This document shows, one piece after another, positions 1 through 13,724 of a DNA stretch of 64,000 nt (position 1 is the first letter of the stretch; the number at the start of each line of letters is the position of its first letter). The translations under genes were made by a program, and so were the position numbers. A model generated the notes under the pieces. The model worked only from the letters and a program-made list of their open reading frames with translations. It ran no database searches and was not told where the DNA came from. Source of the stretch: Chrysomallon squamiferum (lineage: Eukaryota > Animalia > Mollusca). The stretch lies in the NCBI GenBank assembly GCA_012295275.1, contig CM022672.1:29326001-29390000 (forward strand). Reading direction: 5' to 3'.

Positions 1-107
1 AAAATATCCTAATTTGTGAAAATATTATGTCCACTTATAACAGAACATTTCTGCCAGTTTTCTAGTTAATCATTATAATTTAGTGCCGAATTTCAAACTG
101 ACATATT

Positions 108-272
108 GGCTGCCAAATTTCTAAAAATTCACTTACTGACTGCAACTTTTCGAAGAATTCACTAACTGACTGCAACTTTTCGAAGAATTCACTAATTGAT
201 TGCCAACTTTCTAATAATTCACTCAAAGACTGCAACTTTTCAAAAATTAACTCAGAATTTTCGAAGAAGTCT
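108..272. repeat. 30-bp minisatellite, about 5.5 copies, in the presumed 3' UTR of the 450-1259 gene
   Basis: Units resembling gactgcaacttttcgaagaattcactaact start at 108, 138, 168, 198 and 228. Confidence 0.85.
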
Positions 273-449
273 CCTGTTGAATGATATACCCCCAAAAATC
301 ACAACTTTCCAACACTTATTTCTACAACGGCATCCATTAGAAGTTATTTGTGTATTAACGAACATCGGATTTATCAGTGACTCGCTAGCAGTTTCACAAA
401 CAGAAGATAAAATAACATCTGTACACAGGTAAATGACTGGTTCTCTACA

Positions 450-1259
450 TTAAAGGGGCGGGAGTTCGATGTGACTCCTAGACTTCAGTCGATCTGCTCT
501 GGTAATTTTCAGTCCCTGCAACCACCTTTCACATTTATCATTGCTCTCCTCCTCCGTGGGGTGGTGGTAGTGCTGGTTGTTGCTGATGCGGGAGTAGTCG
601 TCGCCGGGGTCGCTGAAACGATCGACGTCGTTCGCCGCAGCCGGCTGTTTACTAAAGCACTTGAAATTACGTTCATTGAAATCCTCCAGTCGGAGCAGAG
701 CATCGTCCCTGAGCGCAGGCTGGAGAGACACAAACACCTCCTGGCCGAGGCTTTCTCCCGAAGACGTGCGGTGGCAGGCGGGATACTCTCGCTTGTTACG
801 TCTCGATAACACAGGAGTCGAACCAGGAGACTCGCGGTTCGAGTCCTTTAAAGACGGGTGACTGTGTTTACTTCCTGGTGTTGACGGTGGCGTTGGTGTC
901 TCAGACCGAACGCCGCAGTCGTCTAAAAGCAGACGATTTCCTGTCCGTGGAGAAGTGAGATTTGTAGTTGGGACTCGAACGGTAATTTCTCCTTCCACTG
1001 GGATGTCACACACTGGGGACACTTCTTCTTGGGGCGGTATCAGCTGGGGACATGATCTGTATCTTGAGAGTGAGCAAGTTGACGGTCGCCTTGAGCCGCC
1101 GCCACCGCCTTCGTTCAACAAGTCCTCGTCTTCGTCAGGATCGAGAAGCTCGAGTCGAAGCGAGGACTTTCTGCGGCCAGTGTTTGGGATGTTCTGGGTG
1201 AGACTCTGTAACTTCTCACAGGGCAGAATCGATTCTGAGGCTGGTTTAAGCGTATCCAT
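450..1259 (-). CDS. Terminal (possibly only) coding exon of an uncharacterised 269-aa Ser/Pro/Arg-rich, likely disordered protein
   Basis: 810-nt GC-rich ORF in an AT-rich background. A canonical acceptor (atatttttcag, AG at 1261-1260) sits immediately before the ATG. Non-repetitive protein with RRKSS/RRPST basic-kinase-like sites and C-terminus KCERWLQGL...HIELPPL. No family recognised. Confidence 0.75.
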   Translation of the reverse strand: MDTLKPASESILPCEKLQSLTQNIPNTGRRKSSLRLELLDPDEDEDLLNEGGGGGSRRPSTCSLSRYRSCPQLIPPQEEVSPVCDIPVEGEITVRVPTTNLTSPRTGNRLLLDDCGVRSETPTPPSTPGSKHSHPSLKDSNRESPGSTPVLSRRNKREYPACHRTSSGESLGQEVFVSLQPALRDDALLRLEDFNERNFKCFSKQPAAANDVDRFSDPGDDYSRISNNQHYHHPTEEESNDKCERWLQGLKITRADRLKSRSHIELPPL

Positions 1260-2376
1260 CTGAAAAATATAGAAATGTAAAAATGTTCATCAGATACATT
1301 GTCCAAATTCAGTCCTAGATACAGGTAATATAGCTTGAATACTACATCAAAGATGTTGGCTTCATTATTATAAAACAAAAAGATATTTGACCGAAGACCT
1401 GAAGTCCTTAAGTAAAATATATTAAATCTCTTTGTTTCAGTTTTAAATAAGTAGCTTATCTGATTACTACTGTTAAGTATAACAAGCTTTTGAATTAGAT
1501 AGATAAACAGAGGTAGTAGTAGTGGTAGTAGTAGTAGTAGTAGCAGTAGTAGTAGTAGTGGTAGAAGCAGCGGCAATGGCCACAACAGCTGCCTTAGTAG
1601 TAACAGTAATAACGGTAGTAGTGGTACTGTGGTTATTGTTGCTGGTAGTAGTATTAAAAACAGTTATAGTAGCAAGGTTGTTGCAGTAGCAGAACCAAGC
1701 AGCTGCTGTAGTACTAACAGTAGTAGTTGTTGTAGTAGTTGTAGTAGTTGAAGAAGTAATAGCAGATTTTGTGCTAAATCAGCATACATAAAACTGAAAA
1801 TTTACACCGAGAGAGAACGACTGATGGCTCGACATAAATTACTGCAGCCGATGCATTTAGATGTAAGATTCAAAATGTCAAACCTACACACAAATCCACA
1901 CGCACGCACGCACACTCTCTCATATCTTTATACGCACCACGGCAGTATAAAGTCAAGTAGAACGACAGATGCATCTGACATCAGTTGTGGTACTCCAAAG
2001 AAAATTTTTATCAAATTTGTTTCTAATGTATCAAATTTAAGCTAAATTTATTAGATTGTTTATAAGCGCGTTGTTATCCGATATTAAAAACAAATCAACT
2101 AACGTTGACAAACTAACATTGTATGTAAAAAAGAGAAAGACAGCATAGGTTACAGACATACACTTACATTATGACATGTAGATGTATTATAATATTACAC
2201 TTTTCCAAAAATCACGAAACATATCTGTAGTAAATAGAAGGCAACTTATCTTGGTATATAGCAATACTCAGCAGCGGTGCCTGAATTCCAACACTGGTCT
2301 AAGTTTCAAGATGAAATAAGATTAATTATAAAGAAACCAAACTGATCTGAAAAATGATAATGTAGATGGACGCATC

Positions 2377-2436
<60 letters not shown>

Positions 2437-2835
2437 GTGTGTGTGCGTGCTTGTGTGTGTGCGTGTGTGTAGTCGCTCTTCATGTGATTTTCGTTAAACA
2501 AAATAATTATAGATTAATATAAACGCTATAAAGACGGCTTGACATGGGCGACTATTGTGTGTCGCTTATAGAAAGTGTAGTAACAGACAGAAAGAAATCA
2601 TGTTGTGCTCGAGGCGACTTTTCAGAATAGCAACTTTTCAAACAGACGTGTGAACTGAGCCAGCGGCCGCAGTGGCTGGGCGTCGAGTCGACACATTTAG
2701 CAGCAGAGTCTGGCACTCGAGATGATTATAGCTCCACTGATAATATATTTCTGTGTCAGAAACGAAATAACTTTCAATTGATTTCCAAATGAAAATGTAG
2801 GAGGACTGCCACAGTTGAAAGTAGATGAACTATAA

Positions 2836-2937
<102 letters not shown>

Positions 2938-4650
2938 TAGAATAAAGTACAGTTGTATATATCTGTCAGTTTTCTCTGTGTCAGTTCGCTCTGTCTCTTT
3001 TTATCATTCTTTTTGCCCTTTCCTTTCGGTTTTTATGTTCCCGAAAAGCTCAAATTAATTTTTATTTTAAGTTGAAAAATATAAAACTGTCATCCTAATA
3101 TAAAGAAATGTGATGAAATTAAAGTTTCTGCTATTCAAGTTATTTGTAGCATCTTTTTAAAATTATTATTATTATCTTTTTTTTTCTTTCTTTTTTTAAA
3201 TTATTGTTGTTGGTTTTTTTTTTTTTTTTTTTTTTTTTTGTTGTTTTTTTAGAATTAACTCGCATGGTTTATGAACAGGAATAGAAATAGTAGGCGTAAG
3301 GCAAACGCGGCGTAATCTGATGTTGATCAAAGGTCTAGTAATATCGCTGCACCTGAAATGTGTTTATGAATCATAGACTGGTCCCGCAATGTAATCAGTT
3401 ACCATAAATAGCATAGTTATTTTTAGATTACCAGACAAATGATATTTCCATGTATTTATTTTATTTTACTTAATTAATTATATTATTATTGTTATTATTA
3501 AGGTATTTTTAATTATTATTATTATTCCCCGCCCCCCAAATGACTCTGTGAGTGTCAAAACGTTAGTTTAACGGACAGAGTTAGGTGTCAAACATCCTGT
3601 GTTAATCTTAGTCTTCAGATGCAAACAGCTAGTTCTGTTTTCTTTCTTTATTTGTTTTTACATCCATAGTGATTCGGTATGTCTGTCAATGACAATATTG
3701 AAGGGAAAACCCCACTGTAACAGTATTATGATATATTTTTATCAAAACCCGATATTATAACTGCACCTTCCTTCAGACAGTGAAGACAAAAACCACATCT
3801 GTTTTTGTTGATTAATTTTCCTTTCTTTTCTTTCTTTTCTTTCTTTATTTCTTTATTTCTTTCTTTCTTTTCTTCTTCTTCTTCTTCTTCTTCTTCTTCT
3901 TCTTCTTTATTTATTTTTTTTTTTTATCAAAAAGACAAGAACAATAACAGGAATTAAAAAATTAATCAATTTACGACCGGCGGGATTCGAACTCTAGAGC
4001 GTAAGGTTGCTGACAATTACCTCCGTGTTTCAGAGTAACTGAGCATGGCAGATGTGCACTTGACCAGTGGAGTAGCGCGTCTCTCGCCCTCATTTTGCAG
4101 ACAGTCATTAGCATCGTTTGAGACGCATACCTCACTCTCATTCGTGTTTGAACAATCTTCTGTAGGTTTGTACAGCCTCGCCAATGTATAATTTAAATGT
4201 CCTTACGACTGGAAAAATCCCATTGATCCAAGTGCCGGAATTTCGGAGAAATAATTGGCCACGTACATCAGTGTACAAATCCTCGTGAAATTGTTATGAC
4301 GAACCATGAGTAAATTTGATAAATGAGGTCAATGAACTAACTGTAATATACGTTTATAAACAAGATAAATATGTTTTGAAAGTTAAAAGTTTTGCATTTG
4401 ATGAGAAGAAAAGGAAGAAAAAAGTATATATATTTATATATATATTTCTTTTTTCTTTAATGACTAACCGAGAAATAAATCTTGCAATGCAAAGAGGCAC
4501 AAAACAATACATACATCACACATACATATATATATATATATATACATATACATACATACATACGTACAAACATTATATATGTACAAACATATACACACAT
4601 ACACACACATACACATGATCATATATGACAAATATATTTCATTTTTACTT

Positions 4651-4729
<79 letters not shown>

Positions 4730-5280
4730 TCTCTCTCATTCAAACTCTTATATACACACACATTCGCAGGCAAACATACACACATAATGTGTATTGTCCC
4801 TCTCCATCCACTATCTATCCACCCCTACTTTCACCGATACTAAAGTTTGGTAAATCCAGTCATCTCATCTGCTGTGACACACCCTGCGGAGGTAACGATT
4901 TATTTAATTACTGGAAGATTCGTAAAGCATGTTTGTTTTCAAGTCCATTGTGATAAATACACAACTGAAAAATCATAAATCAATACACGCGTATTTTCAT
5001 AAACTAATTTCTTTTAAAATCGGTTGGTGAATATCAAAACATTGATCCTTTTCAAAACTAAATATCTTGGGTGCAAGAATATTTTATATATTTTGAAAAG
5101 ATAGGATAGCATATATTCAACTTTTAATATATCTGTCAATGGGCGACTAACGGGAATAGATCCTACGTCAATTCTTATATAAAATTTTATTTCTTTAACA
5201 TTATCTAACATGATGTACAGACGTGAACAAATTCAGCAAGACAACATACCAAACCATATGTCCTGTGTATGTTTCAATGG

Positions 5281-5319
<39 letters not shown>

Positions 5320-5335
5320 CATGTGTGTGTGTGTG

Positions 5336-5826
5336 TTTGTGAGTGTATATATGTGTGTATATTTGTGACTGTATATATGTGTGTATATTTGTGAGTGTAT
5401 ATATGTGTGTGTATTTGTGAGTGTATATATGTGTGTATATTTGTGACTGTATATATGTGTGTATATTTGTAAGTGTATATATATGTGTGTATATTTGTGA
5501 CTGTATATATATGTGTATATTTGTAAGTGTATATATGTGTGTATATTTGTAAGTGTATATATGTGTGTATATTTGTGACTGTATATATGTGTGTATATTT
5601 GTAAGTGTATATATGTGTATATTTGTAAGTGTATATATGTGTGTATATTTGTAAGTGTATATATGTGTGTATATTTGTGACTGTATATATGTGTGTATAT
5701 TTGTAAGTGTATATATGTGTGTATATTTGTAAGTGTATATATGTGTGTATATTTGTGACTGTATATATGTGTGTATATTTGTAAGTGTATATATGTGTGT
5801 ATATTTGTGACTGTATATATATGTGT
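5336..5826. repeat. 26-bp minisatellite, about 19 copies
   Basis: Unit tttgt(gag/gac/aag)tgtatatatgtgtgtata, starting at 5336, 5362, 5388 ... 5804. Confidence 0.95.
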
Positions 5827-6327
5827 CTGCCTTTATAAAAATATATATATATTACACGTGTGAGCGAATGTCAGACAAAAACTCATAATAAATTAGCTCT
5901 GGATGATAAGGAAAATAAAACATTCGATCGAAAGTCACAGACGTCATTCCGTGTCTCTGCCACTAGACGCACGTCGTGGATTTGTCTGTGATTTATTTAA
6001 TGGAAGGAGAAATGTGTCTTTAAGAAGGGAATCGCGATGTAATGAAGAACAAATCCCATGCATGCAAAACGTGAGTCACTAGCAGATGGGCAGATTGCTA
6101 GTGGCAATGAAAACGTCTACAACGCCACGAATCAGCAGTCTGCTGTGAGCGTTCTGTAACATCATCATCACAACCATCATCATCATCATCAGCAGCAGCA
6201 GCATCGTCATTAATATCATTATATAACTGATTAATTATTTTAGTCTGTCCAATTTTTTAGTACAAAGAATTTTTTATTTTTTTTTTTTGACAATGGATAA
6301 TGATACATTTGTAGTTATCTTTTTCAT

Positions 6328-6416
<89 letters not shown>

Positions 6417-7400
6417 GATCCTCTGTGTGTGTGTGTGTGTGTGAATCTATCACAAACTATATATCAGTTTATCACGAGCAGAAAAAAGATGTTGATCACG
6501 TAATTCGCTTTTCTTTCCTGGTAAGCAGTCGTGACGCTGTTTACAAAGATATCACAGATTTCAGTCTCTTTGAAACTGTGCAGTGCTGACGTGACATCTG
6601 CTGCTTGATAGACAGATTTAATATGGAAAACCTCAATGAATAAATAAATGAATAAAAAAAATATTTTAATACTGACGGTAAGCCTGTATCAGTCACACAG
6701 GCGCTTGTTTGAAGATATATGACGTTGTTGTTACCTACCCAACAACTTTAATTCATCCGTCGTCTGTAATGTCGTTGTACTCTCAGAAAATTGTTCTGAT
6801 ACTTTTTAATTACACACAAACACACGCACTCACGTATATAACATATTCAAACACAAACACACACACTATATTCACACGACACGCACGCTCATACACTCAG
6901 GCTTAACATTAGCATTATTTAGTTATTTTCTTACCATTTTTTGTTTTTGTTTTTGTTAATGTGTCTTTCGTTTATTTGTTGTTTTATATCATTATTTTCC
7001 TGCTGCACTTATGTTGTCGCATCATATGAAGATTAGCTGTGAATTATTCCAACATTTGTAACGAAATAATGAAAATAGACTTTCCGTGTAAAATAGTTAT
7101 GCAGCTGTTGATAAAAATCTTAGATACTGTTTCAGTGGTGCAAATAACCACTTTATTTACCATTTATACCGTCACGCCATGATTATAAATGAAACACTTT
7201 CCTCTGAAAATCTACTTTAGAAAAGTACATTATCGTTGTCGGAGGATTTCAAATGACGCCAATTGTAGCCTTTTATATGAAAGTAGCTGTCATTTTCCAT
7301 TTTCTATACATTTTCAGATGCGTTTTATAGCACGTGATTATGAACAACGACTATAACTGTTCCGTGTATGAGGCGTCTGGGAAGGCTGTCAGAGCTATTA

Positions 7401-7930
7401 ACGTTAGTATGTTAGAAAGGTAGACCATTAATCAGTCGGATTTCATTATTATGTACTCAGCATTTTCTCTTTTGTTCTAGAGATTTTATCATTCTAGTTA
7501 CACACAACCTATCTTAAGCATTTCTTGGTGTAGGCATACGTCACAGAAAACCTAATTTATCAACACTTTTCACGTTAGTATGTTAGCGTGTAAGAAAATA
7601 ATAAGTAAGTTTTTAACATTATTTACGTATAATATTCCCTGCTTTGCACTATACATTTTTAACACTCTAGATAAAACTGATCTTACATATTCCTGTCATA
7701 GGTATACGTCCCAGTAGACATCTGTCAAAACCCTCTGCGTTAGTTTGTTAAAATGTTAGAGGATTTATCAGTCGGCTGTACACAACTATTTCTACTTTGC
7801 TTCCTAAACTTGTTAACGTTCTACCTGATTGAAGCTGATTTCAAGATTTCCTTCGCTGACAAAAACATTTCAGAAGAAACAATTTCTCAACTCCTTCTAC
7901 CTTACAGTGTTAGAATGCTGGAGGATTAAT
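7401..7930. repeat. Degenerate tandem repeat of about 165-170 bp (3+ copies)
   Basis: The motif cgttagt(a/t)tgtta recurs at about 7402, 7573 and 7738, with a weaker copy near 7900. Units share downstream blocks (atcagtcgg, taggYatacgtc). Confidence 0.65.
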
Positions 7931-8018
7931 GTGTAATCTCTAACTTTTCTGTTTTAATCTATCTGTCTGTCTATCCATCCATCCATCCATCCACCATCTA
8001 TCTATATGTATGTATATA

Positions 8019-8053
<35 letters not shown>

Positions 8054-8625
8054 TCATATTTATATATAATGTATATATATGTATATATGTATGTATGTAC
8101 GTATAATGTTAATATTAAAATGGGTTGAACTGTCGTTAAAATTCATTTACTTCATCAGTCCACTCAAGCATCCATTAACTTATTCATTCGTTCATTTTTA
8201 TAGGAATCTAGGAATAAGGGTTGTGTCCTTAGGCAAAGCTGATCTGTGTGGGCCACACCCACACAACCCCCCCACACCCACACACTAATCTATCACTTAA
8301 TCTTTTTCTTTTTTCTTTATTATTTAACATGCTAGTAGCTGTACAGTCACAGAGCTCACGATTCAGGAGTTTTGAGTTCTGAGTATCTAGCAATGCACCC
8401 CCACACGGTTAATATGTTACCAAATTAGGTAAAAAGAAGAAAAAAAAGTATCAGTTAGCTGAGAAAAATGCAGGTGTTAATATCGAAGGATTAACAACAG
8501 AGTGTAAAAAGCCAGTTATCTAAAGCATAAATTACCTGAAATAGACGCTTCGAAAATTTTAAATGTTTAAAAAATAATAATAATATAATAAATAATAATA
8601 ATAACAAAATTAAATTATAGCAAAA

Positions 8626-8626
<1 letters not shown>

Positions 8627-8677
<51 letters not shown>

Positions 8678-8704
8678 GTAATAGGAATAGTAATAGTAAC
8701 AGTA

Positions 8705-8781
<77 letters not shown>
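8627..8781. repeat. (AAT)n microsatellite with interruptions
   Basis: Direct inspection. It is the source of the poly-I/L/Y ORFs. Confidence 0.95.
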
Positions 8782-8790
<9 letters not shown>

Positions 8791-9150
8791 AATAGATAAA
8801 TAAATAAAATAATATAAACAAACAAACAAATAAAAAAATAAATAAATAAATAAATAAAATAAACTGAAATGAAATACAATAAATAAGTAAATAAATAAAT
8901 AAACAGCTGGCTGTGTGTCACATCGAGGTAACTGTAGGTTTGTTCTAACACAAGTGAAGATTATTTATCACTTCAGCCTGAGGCGAGGCACGTGTCATTT
9001 ATATATGACGACAGTTGTGCGGGACTACGTAAACAGACAAATATTTCATGACAAACATTCTGAATATAACTGCGTTAAAAAACTCAGTTATACAACAAGT
9101 GACTTTTTTAAAAGTATGCGATTAAAATATCAAACAAACGTGCTCACTTA

Positions 9151-9214
<64 letters not shown>

Positions 9215-10300
9215 TGCTTCTCTCTCTCTGTATGTATATATATATATATATATAAACTAAGTAGATTATATTACCTGAGAACGGCATATTTTACACAGTT
9301 TATTTCTGTCGGTAAATGACAATTTCAGTATTTTTTATATGTTTTCATATTGACGTTTATTACAACTGCAACATATGGCAAAATGTCTGCAGAAATATTA
9401 TAACAAAGAGAAACGCTGCCTGCACAGTATGAAACGATGTTTAGCAATTAGCAGCAAGGCCAGTGTAGTTTCACCTTTCTTGATAGTAACACGGACTAGA
9501 AAGACCTTTGCAAACCTGCTGGACATCGGCTGCAGTTGTAATTATCATAACGAGCTGACCGCAGGGTTTATTCTGTCAGCTGTCATATTGACAGTGCCGT
9601 AGGGAGTGAGTTCGATTCCAGTTGTTGGACTGAGCATACGTGTGTCGTGTGTATGGCTCTAGACAGACAGGCAGACAGACAGACACACACACATATACAC
9701 AGACAGGAGTGTGTGCATATTCAAGTCTGTGTTTGTTTTATTTAAGTCTGTTTATACTTGTTTGTAAGAATATATTTGTAAGCGTGTGTGTATTTGTATG
9801 TGTTACACGTAAATATATCGCTATAATCTTAATCAAACATAAATGCATACATCTATCTAAAAATAAAGTAGTATATATATATGAATGCACCTATGCGTCT
9901 CAGTGTATACAGACATGTAGAAACATGCATACATCCATACATACTATATTTAAAATAATAATAATAATAATAAAAACATTTTTTTTTTTAAGAAACAAAC
10001 AAAAAAGTCGAAACGAATTAAAGTCAGTGAGAACAGTTCTACAATAACAGGGAAACTTGCTTTCTCTCATTATTTTCGGGACAAAAACAGAACACAGAAT
10101 GAATATTTATTACATTCAGATTCCCACACAGAAAACATAATGTAGGTATTATGCATTGCACCAACAGCGATTTTTATCGCATATTCAATCTGCATTCATC
10201 CGTTAATGTTTAAATTACAACGTCAAAGCAGGTTAAGTACACACCCCGTAGATAAACATCGACGACATTGTGAATAAATGACGTCTTATCTTCAACGTGT

Positions 10301-10355
<55 letters not shown>

Positions 10356-10374
10356 GCATGTATGTGTGTGTATG

Positions 10375-10420
<46 letters not shown>

Positions 10421-12125
10421 TGTATGTATGTATATGTATATGTACATGTACATGTATATATATATATGTATGTGTGTGTGTATGTGTGGTATGTGTGTGT
10501 ATGTGTGTGTGTATGTGTGTATATGTATTGTACTGAGATGGTACTAGAATGATAAAGATTAAAAGGTAGATATGAAACAATAGTGTAAAATGACTTTGCC
10601 CCAGTATGTGTAAAATGTACACGAATCAAAATAAATAAATAAATATATTTGAATATTAAAAATTGGTAAATGATAAGAGGGGACATTAAATATTACTTCA
10701 TTGTCTTTTTACGTCTACCAGTCACCTCTAGATATAGCATACTTTCTACAGTCATTAGGTTTAAGTAATACGAGCCTTAAACAGGCAAGGAAACACACAC
10801 ACAGACACACAAAACACACACACACACACACACGAACACACGCAGAAACATACGCGCACACACACAAAATATACAGATGCAAACGTAAGTGTATACTTAA
10901 ATTCATACATACGTATGCACTACATGTATGTACGTGAATGTAATTATTTGGATGTGTGTGTGTGTGTGTGTGTATGTATGTGCGTGCATGTATGGGACAA
11001 ATATCCATATATACGTAAGTACATGCGTACATTCATTCACGCATACGTACTGTACATATTTTATCTACCTTTCTACCCACTTAGATAATATATACACATT
11101 ATATATATTCACATAAGTATACCAAACAGATAAAAATGTAACACACGCACAAATATACATACACACTCACGCACACGTATATAGGTATAAAATCAAATAC
11201 ACACCTACCTTTATATCACAGCGCATTTAACAGTTCATTCCGTTATCTCCAACAACTATAAAACTCATTTACACATAAATCCACGAACATCGACAAGTAA
11301 CTAAACAACAAATGATGTTGACATTATTTTTGTCAGTGGCTTCTATCCAAAAATGAATAACCCCCACATGCACGGGGAACGTCAAAACGTCACAACGTCA
11401 GAACGCGAACAGGAAGAAACAAAGAAGTATCCGACATGGTTTGATCTGGGGAACAGCGCGCTTCATGTTATTGATTATAAATCTGGTTATGTGGCCGTGT
11501 TAGCCTCGCTGTTCGTCTTCTCTGCTACCATTGATTTAAACACACACAGGCCGAGTGTAACAGCGAGTACAGCCGACCACTGACGGACGTTTACGAAAGA
11601 CTCCGTCGTATGTTTAACGTTATAAAGCACATATATCTTTAGGCATGCACAAAGAGCAAACAACGTCAAAGTAACAACGTTTTGACTTGTTCAAAGAGCA
11701 AACAACGTTAATATATATAACACGACGTTTTGGCTTGTTAAAGGTTGTGTGAATACAGAAGTAAAAGGTTATTAATTATAACAACTTCAAAATATCGATA
11801 TGTTGAATGGTCATCAATTATTTATTTGGTTCAACTTTTTAATATCGAATTAAAAAAACTATGAATTGTCTAAACCAAAAAATATCGTCAAACAAAACAA
11901 AAAAAAATATTATCAAAAAACCTTTTGCTAATGAATTTGTTATGCGACTACAAAATTCAATAAAAATGGATTTTATTAACAATAAAGTCATAAACATAAA
12001 GTCATAAACAATTATGGATTTTAAAAAACAAATTATTTTGTTTGTTTTTTTTGTTTGTAGATAGCTAAGAGTAAATCAAAGACAGTGAACAACAACAACA
12101 GTACCAGCTGCAACAACAACAATAA

Positions 12126-12156
<31 letters not shown>

Positions 12157-12261
12157 GGGATGTTTTACGATGATATAAACCAGACTTTATAATTTATCTA
12201 AAACTCAGTACACATCAAGTATATAAAATTATCTAAATGTATGTCATGTTTGCAGACACCA

Positions 12262-12428
12262 GTAACTCACACAGCAACTCACACAGTAACTCACACAAGA
12301 ACTCACAAGAACTCACACAACTCACACAGCAACTCACACAACAACTTGCACAGCAACTCACACAGCAACTCACACAACAACTCACACAGTAACTCACACA
12401 ACAACTCACACAGTAACTCACACAGTAA
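12262..12428. repeat. 12-bp minisatellite (aactcacacagc variants)
   Basis: About 14 tandem units. Confidence 0.9.
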
Positions 12429-13489
12429 TTCGATGTTATAAATCAGATATCTGTTTTAGCTCGTCAAGAAACGAGCGAACGAACAAAACACAATTAATAA
12501 TTATACATTGTTAGTACATAAATATCTGTTTTGGTTTTCAGAACGAATAATAAATTTAGTATGGGACAATATTCTTTGATGTTATGATTTGTTTATGTGG
12601 TTTCCCTCATAAAGGAAAGTGCGAAACAGAATTGATTATATACGAATTCTCTCTCCATACGTTTGTAGAGAAAATAGTGTTTAATATCTCAGAACAAATT
12701 TTAAAGTTTTGGTCTATTCATCTGTTTTAGTCTGTGAATACAGAAATCAAACATGATGAGTTATCTAGGTATTAAAACATACAGGAATGGAATAAGTATT
12801 TTTTTAAATTTACGATTAAGTTTGTACAGTTTTTAATCTACGGTTATAGGCGTTTACAGAACACACTGATAATAAGAGATTAACATTAAAGAATGTTTTT
12901 GGTGCAGTTTCCATATGCATAGCACTGTCAGCGGCTAATTTTGTATCGGTCAGGATCTAAGCTATGTAAAGCTTACAGACCCCGTGTTAAAAATTTGCTT
13001 TATTTTTACAACTATTTAAACTGAATTTCATGTCATATTCAGTTTATTAGTCCCTAAGCTGCAGTTGGTTCAGCCTGAAGTCCAGCAGTGATCACTACTT
13101 CAGACAGATCAGTTATGGGAAGTGCTTAAATGGGAAATTAGCCATCAAAACATCGTCATAAATACGAATCACGTCTGGTTTGATTTGTGAGAGAATGTGC
13201 GAAGGGAAGTCGAAAATGGAGAATTGCATAAAGCTGAAAATATCGTCGTGTATATAAAGTCCCTGACTAAATATCTTTTTTGAATCGAGGATCGAACAGC
13301 GAAAATCGTATTTAAAAATATCTTCAGGCTGTAAGGTTAACATTCATTTATCTATTTTCGCTGGTGAAGGAAGATTCGAATTTGACGATCCAAGACAAGG
13401 AATATATCTGAATTTATCTGGAAAAACGAAGGTTGAATCATTATATTTAAATGAAGAATATATTTTCTAACCTACTATTATGCAGAGTC

Positions 13490-13625
13490 ATATACATCGC
13501 GAGAGAGGAAACTCACGGCCTGCACGCACATGACTAATCTGTTTTGGGTTTAATAGCAAGGGAGTTTTGATATGTGAACCTTCCCGTAAACAGTAAACAC
13601 CTTTTGATAAATCAGTATTGTGAGA
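13490..13625 (-). mobile_element. Degenerate MetaSINE-like SINE fragment
   Basis: gagagaggaaactc...taatagcaagggagttttgatatgtgaaccttccc...acag matches, from memory, the reverse complement of the central domain of gastropod MetaSINEs. Confidence 0.45.
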
Positions 13626-13677
13626 AATGTGAAAACTATAAATAACAGATGAAAACAAGAATAAGAAGTGTGTATAA

Positions 13678-13724
<47 letters not shown>

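Noticed and set aside
471-1263. Plus-strand and alternate-frame ORFs over the first gene
   Set aside because: Shadow ORFs of the GC-rich minus-strand exon.
3976-4010. tRNA-like T-arm (reverse complement gagttcgaatcccgccggtc)
   Set aside because: No D-arm or anticodon arm can be folded. It is most likely a SINE-head relic, not a tRNA.
4021-4300. Possible upstream coding exon of the 450-1259 gene (donors GAG|GTAATT at 4020 and GAG|GTATGC at 4130)
   Set aside because: The frame that would join in phase 0 at the 4020 donor has several stops. At most a UTR exon, which cannot be supported without RNA data.
5336-12428. Repeat arrays considered as CRISPR
   Set aside because: No unique spacers, no cas genes, and a eukaryotic context.
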